Shown: piece by piece, positions 11,312 through 22,822 of the stretch | Position numbering within the stretch: the stretch's first letter is position 1 | Layout of the letters: every line of letters begins with the position of its first letter | Assembly (NCBI GenBank): GCA_032718475.1 | Contig: JAUCBJ010001208.1 | Span: 5,028-69,027, forward strand | From: Nemertoderma westbladi | Taxonomy: Eukaryota > Animalia > Xenacoelomorpha | Direction: 5' to 3' | DNA: 64,000 nt | Program-made: the position numbers and the translations under genes | The notes under the pieces: generated by a model | What the model was told of the DNA's origin: nothing | The model's input: the letters and a program-made list of their open reading frames with translations, nothing else | Databases searched by the model: none

Positions 11312-12165
11312 TCCTGTCCAGTAGGGCAGTTCATATTGAACGTGTGATGGATCTTTCCACCAACGCGTTTATACTAGCATTGCGGCGATTTATTGCTAGA
11401 CGCGGATTAGTGAAATGCTTGTACTCAGACCAAGGGACAAACTTTGTTGGTGCCCGAAATGAAATTGCTAGAGCCTTTAAGAAATTAGATCATGATCAAA
11501 TCTCAAACGAACTACGTCCTTACAAGATTGTTTGGAAGTTTAATCCTCCAGATAGTCCATGGAGAGGCGGAGTCTGGGAGAGATTGATTAGATCTATAAA
11601 AACAGCCATGGCAAAAGTAATTCCAGTAAACCACATTTTGACAGACGACCAACTGACAACACTGTTTGTTGAAATCGAGGCAATACTAAATACTAGACCA
11701 ATAGTATTAGTACCCGATGACAAACAATCTCAGTTTGCTTTGACACCGGCACACCTGCTTATGCAGGCACCGACTACATTAACGCCTATTTCTTTTCCAA
11801 TGGAAGGCGATAGCTACGGTAGAAAAGCGTGGAAAATCACGCAACTACTAGCTAACAAATTCTGGGAAATATGGCAAAACCATTATTTGCCCTCTATTTC
11901 TGCCAGAACAACATGGTACAATAACACCCGCGCATTAAAGCCGGGAGATCACGTGCTGTTAGCAGAAGTGAATCTAAAAAGACGCTTCTGGATAACAGGT
12001 GTAATTTTAGACACACATCCATCTATGGATGGAGTAACAAGAACTGTGACGGTACGGACAATTGACGGTCGTACAGTTGACAGAACGACTCAACATCTCG
12101 TACTTCTTGAAGAGACTCGAAACGAGTCTGGAGACTACAAATCTCCAACAAATGTTAGTAAATAA
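11312..12165 (+). pseudogene. BEL/Pao integrase catalytic core and C-terminus of element A (5'-truncated)
   Basis: LSSRAVHIERV, SDQGTNFVG, WERLIRSIK, FWEIWQNHYL; clearly homologous to element B integrase. Confidence 0.92.
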
Positions 12166-12825
12166 TTAGGAGTTTACAAATAGATTTCCATGTATCTGTA
12201 CACTGTAGTAAAGACAGCGGTAGAATTCCATTGTCTTTATATGTGAACATTGAGGGTAGTACCCTTATGTGTCACATAGGAGCGGGATTTGTAGGTATAA
12301 GAAATGGAATTCTACTTGGAACTCACAATATTGAGACATTTTCGAAATTTTAGACAATCCATTTGGATTTGAAAAATTTTTAAAATTTTCTCCAGTGAAT
12401 AGATTTCAGGGTACAGTCGGGTGGAACTTAAAATTAGAGAAACAAGAGAGGAAGACTTGCGAGCCTTTCTTAAAATTTTAATTAAATTTTACACGGTCTT
12501 GTTTCAATAAGTTACGTCAATATATAGACTTCCCTATATTTATTACTAATTCTTGACTGCTTATTTCTGATAATAGTTTGGGATCAAAAAGTGAGTATTT
12601 TAGACTCACAGCCAGTTTAGCCCAAAATCGTTTTTATTTCGGCAAAAATTTTAGATTAGAAGCAGCGTGTCATTAAAGAAACCCTAGATCTTAGGCTATG
12701 GGTAGGAGGTTAGAGCGTTGTCGAGCCAAAAGGGCAGACGAAAACTCTCACATCTCCTCACAACTAACTACAAACTCTGTTGTATTCCCTCTAGTAGTAA
12801 TGATTATGTAACTGCACCTCTAATT

Positions 12826-14994
12826 ATGGAGAAGGAGATACATGGAGAGCCGAGATGGGGATATGATATCCAAGAGGAAGCAGCAGCGCCATTCGAGAGA
12901 TTTGGAGCCAAAGACTACACTATATTTGGTATAAAAGAATTATCAGAAAGTACTGCGAAACTCGCGAGAACTAAATATGACTCGAATGTATTAAAGAGAA
13001 GGCAAAACGCATTAAATGAAAGAATCGAAAGTTTGCGCAAAACCTTCAATGAACTTTACCCGTACGACGCTTTGTGTGATACGGGAGACATTAGCGAAGA
13101 CCCCGATACTGAAATTAGTCGTTTGTATCATACCATGCAATACCTAAAGACGCACGAACCTATGCCTGCGGTACGAGATGAATTTGATGGAATGCATCTT
13201 TACAGACGAACTCGAGGGGACGATAGAGAAACAAAGGAAGCATTTTCAGTTTATAAACTTTATTATCAATGTGGTTCTTGTATGCGCGAACAACGAAATG
13301 CGATTCCGATGCGTTTGAATAAGGAAAATCCCGAACCGATATTGGCGAGGTGTTCGAACCATCAACGACTACGCTACCAGGAAGGAGGGTATCCTTTATC
13401 AAATCCATATCATTCGTTTGCTATGACTGGACCAAAGGCGGGAGAAACTGTCGTTTACCCACCTAAGGTTGTTGAACCCAATGCATTTGAACTTACGCTG
13501 GATGAGGCGAATCAGTCAACCCGCGAAAAGAAAGAAGCTCTTAGCCTATACAGAGCCTACAAGGCTTTTGAGAAAGGTGAGATGGAAGAATGGGGCGGAA
13601 GACTCGCGAGCCTACCTTACCATTGGACGTCACACGATCAAACTCCAGCTAAGGAGATGACACCGGAAGTTTTCGAGAGCATAAACTTTGCTCAAAATGT
13701 TATTCAGAGACTACAGATTGCATCCCCGGAGAGGACAAGAGAAATGCAACCATATAGTACTTCGACTACGAAACCATTGAGTACGACACTCAATTTTCCT
13801 ATTAGTATACCAGTCCGACAGGATACGACGTACGAAATACTCATCGTGGATCATCCAGAAATTATTTCGAACTTGGAGTTTCTTCCTGCAGTTGTTTTTA
13901 GCGATATAAGTAAGATATATGATTTACGTAGACATATTACTCAAAAGGTCGTGTATAACGTTCTACCTCATATTCAAGACTTTAGAGAATTGGATAGAGC
14001 TGGTGCTGATATAGCTCCGAGTAATTTGAAAGGATATTTAACCAAAACGATTCGTTTATGGATTGGAACTGGAACCTTCGAGTCGGATACAGATATTGCC
14101 GCGGATTGGCGAGGTAAGGTTATTCGTTTCGAAGATGATAAGGACATAGAGAAGATTTGGCAACCTTCGGAAGAATTGTTGGACGAATGGAATAGAACGT
14201 TTAGATCGTTTCAGGAAAATGGTTACATGTTTTACGATAACGAGGGCGGCAGTCATCAACAGAGTTTGACTTCTAAGACTATACAAATTAGAGCGGCGGA
14301 CGGAGTCTTGCACGTTTTCAGTAGACAGAGGAGCGACAAACGAATGCCGATACCTCCAGCAAATACAAAGCGACACCATCTCATCACTGACATAGTAAAG
14401 AAGATGGACCAAGCTTGTAATATCGATGCTAGAATGCTACCGAAGATGGTAAGAAATATGATTTTAGATAAAACTGTTGTAAAGATTGGATCAGGAGTAA
14501 GAGAGGACTTAATTAGCGACTTCGCCGACATGACGGACAGCGATGACCGACTACCGACACCGTACGTCGACACTCGACCTCTTATCTTGTGGTCTATAGA
14601 ACAAGGGTATTTTCGTGAGTATAATACTCAGAAGACCGGAACTGGATACATTTCCTACCTGTTATTCAATTGGGATTATAAGGAAAGTAAGAGAGCCAAG
14701 TATATTGAGACTTATGGAGAAGGTGATACTCCAGATATGAGTGAGTTTGAATCACAGCTCAAATGGAGAGGATGCGTGTATTGGGCTATTACGTCACCTC
14801 CAAGAGCGGTCCTACAATATTATTTAGCAATAGAGTCATCAGTGAATGTTTGCTTAATCGCCGACATTGTGTCTCAGACTCTTAAAAGACATCCACTTTG
14901 TCTCGGAGATGATCATACGTTCTACAAGGAAGGGAGAATTCATACCGACGTGTTTAGACGATTTCTTGAATGCCTTTACTCGAGCAGGATTTAG
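12826..14994 (+). CDS. Accessory ORF of element A, part 1: N-terminal CxxC..CxxH and WRN/EXD-like DEDDy 3'-5' exonuclease domain
   Basis: ExoI FYDNEG (14230-14247), TIQI..VLHVF, LPKMVRNMILDKTVVKIGSGVRED (ExoII D 14506), YVDT, W..PP...QYYLAIE (ExoIII-like 14815-14835); first ATG at 12826. Confidence 0.72.
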   Translation: MEKEIHGEPRWGYDIQEEAAAPFERFGAKDYTIFGIKELSESTAKLARTKYDSNVLKRRQNALNERIESLRKTFNELYPYDALCDTGDISEDPDTEISRLYHTMQYLKTHEPMPAVRDEFDGMHLYRRTRGDDRETKEAFSVYKLYYQCGSCMREQRNAIPMRLNKENPEPILARCSNHQRLRYQEGGYPLSNPYHSFAMTGPKAGETVVYPPKVVEPNAFELTLDEANQSTREKKEALSLYRAYKAFEKGEMEEWGGRLASLPYHWTSHDQTPAKEMTPEVFESINFAQNVIQRLQIASPERTREMQPYSTSTTKPLSTTLNFPISIPVRQDTTYEILIVDHPEIISNLEFLPAVVFSDISKIYDLRRHITQKVVYNVLPHIQDFRELDRAGADIAPSNLKGYLTKTIRLWIGTGTFESDTDIAADWRGKVIRFEDDKDIEKIWQPSEELLDEWNRTFRSFQENGYMFYDNEGGSHQQSLTSKTIQIRAADGVLHVFSRQRSDKRMPIPPANTKRHHLITDIVKKMDQACNIDARMLPKMVRNMILDKTVVKIGSGVREDLISDFADMTDSDDRLPTPYVDTRPLILWSIEQGYFREYNTQKTGTGYISYLLFNWDYKESKRAKYIETYGEGDTPDMSEFESQLKWRGCVYWAITSPPRAVLQYYLAIESSVNVCLIADIVSQTLKRHPLCLGDDHTFYKEGRIHTDVFRRFLECLYSSRI

Positions 14995-16522
14995 TATATT
15001 TCGAGACGTGTATCTTCGCTGTGCGGGATCTCTTATCGAAAGACCGTCTATGTTTACATTGTTACCCTATGAAGGAGAACGTATCGTGGAGATTACGGAT
15101 GAATCACGGCAGACGCGCGCGCCTATCGGTCACCTTGGTGATGATTTCGAAGTAACGACTACGATCACTGACGATCCTTTAGAGGAACTTCTTGAGATAG
15201 AAAGGAACCTCCCGAAGAAATCTCAGACGGAGATTCGACAACTTGAAGCAACAGATGCTGTAGTTTGTATACAACCTTCAGAAACCTACCAACCCATAGA
15301 TCCAGATGATTATGATTATAGTGTGGGAGGAAGCGCTCGACCAATTGGAGATCTTATATACGAACGAGTGTGGTACCCTGCCAATACGATGTGTGGTAAA
15401 TGTGGTGTCGCTGGACATCATTCGACCAAGTGCAGTGGAAAGCACATTACTACGACTCAACTAATCTGTGGATGGTGTGGAGATCAAGGGTCTCATACCT
15501 TTTATACTTGCTGGAGATTTATGGCTCAATGTACTTATTGCAATATAAAAGGGCATCGAGCATCTGAATGCCAACTAAGAGACATACCTTATGAACACGA
15601 ATCTGTAAAACTCGTGAGAAACCTATTCGATGAGTGGGAAGATTTAGCCGACGAACATGTATCGGCACAAAGAAGACGATTTCCGATGAGAGCGCATCTT
15701 GGATTTTGGGCGGTAAATCCCCAAACGATGATGTCGGAAGGATACATCTCCGCTATGCCCCAATATGACGAACTTATCGAGGTAGTCGATATTTTGCCTC
15801 ACGACAGTGGATTCCGAGTGGTGCGTGAGTATCTATTACAGATTCACCCGGACAACAAGAACACGTGGAATTTTCAGAAAGTCGTAAATCGTATCACGTA
15901 TGGTGAATTTGATCGTTTCCGAACTGAAAAGCGGAATAAGGGAGCTTGGTTAACCGTCGCATGGGCATACTGAGCCGCGTTTTACCACAAACGTATACGA
16001 GCGAGCGTGTTCGAGGAAGAGGAGATCCTAGAGGTGACAAATATACCAGCCACTCCGGTTGAGCCGTCTGCACGTCACCCTTGGGAGGACGGACAGGGTA
16101 GGATCATAAGGGTCCAGAAAGTGAGCCAACAATTAAAGAAGTCTATTAATATAGAAGAACGCAAGGGAGTTGAGCCGACCATTCGAATTACTCGGGATAC
16201 GGTATCGCTTCCTAGAGAACCAACAGGAGGATCGGGACATACACCAGCTGATCAAAAGGGGGCGCAAGCTACTCTTGGGTCTGCGTCGTCCGCTTCCCGC
16301 GCGTTCCCAGACGTTTTACCAACTGTAGTGACAACTGATCGGTCACGAGGAATCGGTCGAGGTTTTGGGATACCAAATAGACGAATTTGTGAGGAAACGG
16401 TCGCACCGTCTCCCAACGTACAAGCGAAACCAGTAACTCGCCCCACGAGTCCCATATCGCGGGCAAAGTCACCTGTGCGCAGTTTTCGAGGACGCGGCAG
16501 GGCTCGATCTACTAAGCGATAA
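14960..16522 (+). CDS. Accessory ORF of element A, part 2: three CCHC zinc knuckles and a Pro/Arg/Gly-rich tail (continues part 1 after a frameshift; in-frame TGA at 15971)
   Basis: CGKCGVAGHHSTKC, CGWCGDQGSHTFYTC, CTYCNIKGHRASEC (15392-15571); ORFs 14867-15973 and 16007-16522 share a frame; RGRGR tail. Confidence 0.75.
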
Positions 16523-17292
16523 AAGGGAGGGCAAGGGTGGACGGAAGATTCGTGAGCCTTTCTTGTGAATTTGTGATTTATTTGATTAGTAAGTTTTGTA
16601 TTCTGGAAGAACTCATATTTAGTAAGATTTATATTTAGTAAGAATTTATATTTTGCAAGATTTATATTTTATATTTGTGATTATTCCGAACTTATGCAAT
16701 TTATATTGTTCCGAATACTATGCAATTTATATCTTATAAGCAGTATTTGTATTTACAGTGAAATAGAAAGTAAGAGTAGATGGAAGACTCGTGGGCCTTT
16801 CTTATAGTTTCATTTGTAAAGTGTTATATTTGTATTTAGAAAGTTTTATAGTTAGAAAGTTTTGTACTTAGAAAGACTCATATTTGTAATTATTCCGAAC
16901 TTATGCAATCTACATTTAGGCACGAAAGTATTTGTAATTATTTGAATTTATGCAATATTTGAGATGCAATAGTAGATGGAAGACTCGCGAGCCTTTCTTA
17001 TGATTTTCATTTATTTGTATTTGTAATTATTTGAATTTTGCAATATTGAGATGCAATAGATTTATATTGGTGAATTTAATTTAGATTTATATTGTACTTA
17101 CTTAGTAAAGCCTTAAATACGTAAAGTTTGAATTTGTAATTATTTTGTATCGAATCATTATGTAGAAAGGAAGTATTGTTTGAAATTTAATTTGTAAATA
17201 TGTAAGTACGCCCTAAGTATTCTATAATTTGATTGATTATTGGTGAAAACCGTATATTTTATGCACGATAATATCCTGTTTTCATGGAGCGG

Positions 17293-19224
17293 TATAGAAT
17301 TATATTCTCTAAATGCCGTGGATTTTCAAAATTTTTATTTTATTCGAATTAACTTTGTTAAAAGATTACATTAAGTCCTCATTTGTATTTGCTATATCTA
17401 TTTGTACGATGATTAGTCAAGTGGTTCAGTAGCTCAGTCGGTAGAGCGTTGGAAATTATATGTAGTGTGTATTGAGTTCGAATCCTAGTAGGTGCGAATT
17501 ATTTTTTGTGCAGAATTTCAACTCATTTAAATTGACCGCTACAAATTAATTGCATTTGCTCGAAGTAAGATTAACCAATGAGACTGTAGTTATTAGATTG
17601 TAACCAATGTCGTACAAGTTATATATTTGCTGGACCAATAGCTATCTTTAAAAACCTGTTAGAACTCATAGAACAATCGAGAATTTTCTCGATTGATTGC
17701 GGCACAAATTTGGTATAAAAGGTGCGATTTCGTTCATTAGTACACCACCACACACTTTATATCTAAAACCTTCTATATCTCAATCATTCGTGCTTTAGAT
17801 TATCTTTATTAGTTATCTATTAGTTTCTTGTTACGTTTATGTATATCTTCTGTAATAAAGTCAGAATTATCGCTAATCTGCCCTTTTTCTATCTGTTTTA
17901 CTATACTTCACCACGGTGAACTCAACTGAGGGACAGGATGGCTGGCTAAACATCGGGCCACAGCAATGAACGGGAACATCTAAGGAATGTAGACAGGAGA
18001 CAACCCGCAATATCACTCTTAGTTATTCGCCCATCGCCTGAAAGGTTAGACAGCGTTCGATGCCTTGCTACCTAAGTATAAGACCAAAGATCGAAGGTAG
18101 AGGTAGTGACACGCTGTACGCCTAAAATTACATCTAGGGACTGTACTGTTTTAATTCAGGAAAAAACCGCAGTAGACCTTCATATTCCTACGGGGAGAGG
18201 AGAGAGCTCAGGCAGAGATACTAGTACGCAGATAGGACGTAGGCACACCGGTACAAAGCATACACATTGGTAGGGTGCAGCAAACTGTACGCCTAACTCT
18301 TGCTAAGTACAGGTGCGTCTGTGACTATTTGTAGTACAACGGTGTCCATTGCATTAGAACTTGTAGGCCAGGAGGGTTACTGTGTTTCACCTGAATTAGG
18401 ATTGTACCGTTCAGGCGGTAGGGCAGTTTATGGCTAGGCGCAAATAAATTGAGGCTAATTAGGGATACTAACATCTACCATGTCCCCGCCGACATCCTGA
18501 TAGGAAGTTACCAAGCCCACCTAGGTAACCAAAATTCTAGATAGGACGCCAGGCTAGCTATTAGTAATTGTACGCCTACTGTAGTAAACTAACACATTTC
18601 TTCTTAGTATTAGGGACCTGGTAAATAAAATTGCCGAATTCTGGGCGTAGTATTAACCTTATGCCTGAATTTGAGTCCTGGAAATACATGAAAGGGGAAG
18701 GAGCCTTATCATTCGTGAGTATTGGACCTACAAGTTATAAAATTAGAATATTTGCAAAATGCACACCGTACCCAGTAATTATATATATGAAGGAGCAAAA
18801 CTGATCTTGACGGTTCAGAATTAACACACGCGGGTTAGAAATTATTTACACCTCAAAATATATAAAATTAACTTTTGTCCGTACTGCGCTTTGCCCGCTA
18901 GTTAGACATCTCCAGATCTCTGCACCTAGCTAGCGTCCTTTTCGCCCAACCATATAAATCACACTGCGGCAAAGTATACGAGCCCCTTAGTCCGTCAGTG
19001 AGTCAGCCTGATTTTAGGATTCGCTGCGCGGGATTTTGTTTTATCGAAGTTTGTCCGTTCGTAGACTGTTTTCTGCCTCACCGGTTATAAGAGACCGATA
19101 CTGCAATATATTCGCTTACTTGGAGTTTACTGTTTTGGTGAGAAGGTCGGATTTATGATTTGATTCACAAACTTTATAGTATGATATTGCAGGATTTGTG
19201 TATTTGTTACTGTCTCTTCATATA
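17293..19224 (+). repeat. 3' LTR of element A (about 1.93 kb, TATA...TATA termini)
   Basis: Start inferred from GGAGCGG at 17286-17292, the same signal that precedes LTR B; end from loss of identity with the 5' LTR. Confidence 0.82.
17423..17507 (+). ncRNA. tRNA-derived Pol III A-box/B-box module in U3 of LTR A (not a functional tRNA)
   Basis: TAGCTCAGTCGGTAGAGCG (D-arm GCTC/GAGC), GAGTTCGAATCC, downstream T-run; acceptor and anticodon stems do not form. Confidence 0.65.
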
Positions 19225-19786
19225 AGCCTAATGCTTATATATAGCCGTTGGCAGGTTTTTTGACTTTCAGAAGCGATCAGACAAACGTCCATGCCGTTCC
19301 TGGATTCCATAATACTGTGTTAAACAACTGTCAGCTCGGTAGGCCTACTGCAGTACAGTGTACAGTACTACAGAATGACGTAATTTCCTGAGTTACGGCT
19401 ATCAGTTGATATTATTTTGATTATTTCGAATTTAAGGAATCCTATTTAGATAATCGGAAATTTTTTGAAGCCCTTGACTGTTGGTAGACTATCTGGAACT
19501 GCTTTCTGACTGTTGGTGAGTTTTTCAGACTGTTGGTAGGTCTTTTTGACTGTTGTCCTCAATACAATAGTATTGTCCTTAATTAGACCTATCCAACATT
19601 AGACATGTAAAAAAGAAGAATGCTTTCAGATGTGGTACTAATCTGATATCAGCTGTATATTTTACGGACTTTTGTAAGGCAAGCTTCATCTTCATGTTAA
19701 GCTATGTCCTAGAAAAATGTGTAGATACCTGTTATTTCTGGAATATTGGGCCGCGTTGCTCCCCGTGATGCTCCCGTGTTGCTCTG

Positions 19787-20083
19787 TGTGTCCCCCAAGC
19801 TTGACACTAGAACAAATCACCTCCGCTTTGCAGGACGTTGCTTTCGCCGTGAGGACCAGTCAGTGCATAATCTTGTACTTTGGCAGCCTCATGGAGTGAA
19901 TAAGCATGGTGGACAGCCCATGACTTTCTTGAGATGCATCTTAAAGGACACTGGCCTTGAAGATGCGGATGATCTAGCAAATGTCATGGGTGATAGGGAG
20001 TTGTGGCGGCGCAATTTTGTCAACAAGCCGGCAGAGCATTCTTAAAAATGCAGCTGCAATGCAGCATGCCGATCCTAGTAGTA
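19787..20083 (+). mobile_element. RTE-clade LINE 3' end fragment
   Basis: LRFAGRCFRREDQSVHNLVLWQP..MGDRELWRR; 3' UTR TGCAGCTGCAATGCAGCATG plus (TAG)n; same family as 27946-28303 and 36598-37692. Confidence 0.85.
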
Positions 20084-20899
20084 GTTGCAAGCGTTGGTAG
20101 GATCACATACCAGTATTGCGGTATTATTCCATATTGAAAAAGTCCCCTCAGGCGTGCGTCACTGTGTTGAAGTTACATATGTGCCAGCCCGCCAGACCAG
20201 ATAGAATTAACATTATCCCTTCCCAGGTCTGTGTACAACGAAAACATTATTGTGCAGATGGAGACATACTCCAGCCACACCTGTTTCATAACCTTAATTC
20301 ATTACTCAATAATCAGCCTTTCTTTAAATATAAATAACCTTTCTTTAGCAGTGTCTCTAAATATTGCGCTGTTACTTGGAAAAGGGAGCCTAATTGACCA
20401 CAGTAGGGGGGCGCCCTCTTCCCCTCTAATGCTATGTATGTACGTACATATAACTATACAGTTGGGAATGCATTCGTTTCACCTGAGCTGACCATCCACT
20501 AGAGTTCAATATACCAGTCCTCTCCCATGAAATTGAGTATTGTAGGGTGTCCGTCAACCTTGTCAAATAGTTCTTCAGCAAGGTCTTGATCTATAAATGT
20601 TCCAGAACTTCCTGTTCTGGAACGGTAAGTAAGTGTAAGGCGTTCACTATATTACTGCTAAGTGCTACTGGTCTTATTGGAATGTAGTCTGACTTACAAA
20701 ACGGGGAATTCTCTAACTGAATTCTCTAAATTTTCGATTTTGAGTTTGAGATCTTTGATGTTGTGTCACAATTTGATCTCTCAGGTGACAAAGGTAGCTC
20801 ATATGTGATGGCTTTAAGGTGGGCATACGGTTAACACTTGCTTTGAGAAAAACAACTATATTTTAATTGTATGGTTTTTACAAAAGAATTATGATCTTG

Positions 20900-22318
20900 T
20901 ACCACAAAGGTTTTCTTGTACGAGGGATTCTGGAGTTGGAGGCTACTCTCATGTTCCACCCCGACCAACAAAGCCATTGGTGAATCTGAAGCAAGTCACT
21001 AGACTAGCCTCAGTAAACACCCTAACACTCGGGTCCCCAATGCGACAAGGTGAGCTGACTGCCTTGGCAGATAAGCTTTCTCTTAGCCCAGTGGGTGTTC
21101 AAGAGCACAGAATGCAGACTGGACAGACTGATGAGGTTCTGATTAAGGACATGGGGGGGTGGGCGGTTGGCGATCAGGCTCGCTTCAGCAGATGATAGTG
21201 GCAATGGTGGAATTGGTCTATTGATGAATCCAACTGCACATGCATCATTGGACAAAATAGACCAAATCTGTAACCACATCATCCGTTGTCACTTCTCATG
21301 TTCTGGAAGACTGGCTAAGAAGTTTCCTAAGGTGGTTCTGATTGTGTGCTACTCTCCAACTAGTGTTGCCCCTGTAGGTGGACAATTTCTACCACAATCT
21401 ACAAGCAGCTACTGATGGAGTGGATTAGCATGCATTATTAACATTCCTGGGAGACTTTAATGCAAGTCTGCATCAATCACCTATATCGCCCTGGGTCTAT
21501 AGCAATAGTGTTAACCGAAATTCTGTCCATCTTCAGGATTTTATCTCTGGAAATGGATTGTTTTCGGCTGGAACGCAGTTCAAGAAGCGAACTGCAAAGC
21601 TATGGACTCATAGTGGACCCAGTGGTCACAAGTACCAGATAGACCATATTCTGTTTCGTAGGAAATACAGGAGCTCTATACTAGACTGTAATGCATTTAC
21701 ATTTCGACCCTTCTCCAGTGATCACCGCCTTATTGTGGCCAAGGTAAGACTTAGTCTGCATGCTAGCAGAACAACGAAATCTGCCTTGCCGCGGCATGAC
21801 TGGTCCTCTCTGTTGCAACAACCAAGTGTGAGATTCAGCTTCACACTACAGCTGAGCAACAGGTATGAGGTTCTTGCCTCTGAGGCGGCAGATCACTGTG
21901 AGGGCTATACTGCCTTCACAGAGGCAGTTAAGTTAGCAGCTGCAGAAACAGTTCCTGTTTATCCTCGAAACAGGAAACGGGCCCCCTGGACTGACAACAA
22001 AATTCAGAAGTGCCGAAATGACCTTTATAAGCGCAGAAAGAGTCCCGACTCGAACAGACTACAGCGGCCAAGAATGCAGTTAAGGCTTCATGTAGGTCCC
22101 TGAATGAATAGGCAGTACTTTGTTAATCTACAGGAGCGAATAAACCAACAGGTTGATGCCATCAATGTTGCTGACGACAGCAGGCAATCATCCCAGGCAT
22201 GGAGATCGATCAACTTGCTTACTGGTCGAAAAAGCCAACCAACCACCAAGGTTAAGGCTGAATCACCAGCCGAACGCCTCAATGGTTGGAAGGCCCACTT
22301 CGAAAAGCTCCTCAATAA
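20900..22318 (+). pseudogene. RTE-clade LINE AP-endonuclease region, frameshifted
   Basis: RLASVNTLTL, VGVQEHR, GGIGLLM, VCYSPT, GDFNA, WTHSGPSG.KYQIDHIL, SDHRLIVAKVRL. Confidence 0.88.
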
Positions 22319-22822
22319 TGACAGGGTATTGCTTTGGCATTGCTTTGTTATTTTGCTTTTATTTCATCTATTACCTTAATGTGGAAAAAATAAAGAGATA
22401 TTCATATTCATTGAGACGGTAATGTAAGCCTCGTCTTTTATTTACTTTTGTTTGTATATTGTTTATATATTGTTTATTTATTATGTGTATCAGGTTACTG
22501 CACTGGTCCGTCCTTCTCGAGATATGACTGTATCCGTTTGACTGTCGGTCTGTCCGTCATTATGTCTGTCCGTCAATAGAAAGCATACTTATCTGTCTAA
22601 AAAATTTCCTATATGGGTTTTTGGGGTCCGGATTTCATTTCTGATGTCATTATTCAAAATCGTCGTTTCTGTATGTATGCCTGTCAGTCTGTCCGTCATA
22701 ATATAACCGACAGACTAAAAGCCAAACAGACAATTTGAAAGTCCTGAAAATGTTAAAACTAACACTCGAAATGAATTCTGCGACCAGAAAACCATGTCAT
22801 TAAAAAAGGCAATACCCTGTCA
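22319..22822. mobile_element. Short inverted-repeat-bounded non-autonomous element truncating the RTE
   Basis: TGACAGGGTATTGC ... GCAATACCCTGTCA inverted repeat; internal CTGTC(C)GTC microsatellite; no target-site duplication found. Confidence 0.5.

Larger units (their letters stand above)
1..19224 (+). mobile_element. BEL/Pao LTR retrotransposon A (5' LTR starts before window; internally deleted; contains nested element B)
   Basis: Direct repeats 1-1647 and 17571-19224 with only about ten differences seen by eye; Pao-type gag start at 2451; Pao integrase 11312-12165; accessory ORFs 12826-16522. Confidence 0.92.

Noticed and set aside
12826-16522. env gene
   Set aside because: No signal peptide, fusion peptide or transmembrane anchor; nuclease and zinc-knuckle motifs instead.
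17423-17496. Functional tRNA gene (also 58262-58330)
   Set aside because: A and B boxes are present but acceptor and anticodon stems do not pair.
20110-20270. Possible NHL/PAL-like exon (GVAGVCLHLHNNVFVVHRPG) on the minus strand
   Set aside because: Short resemblance followed by in-frame stops.
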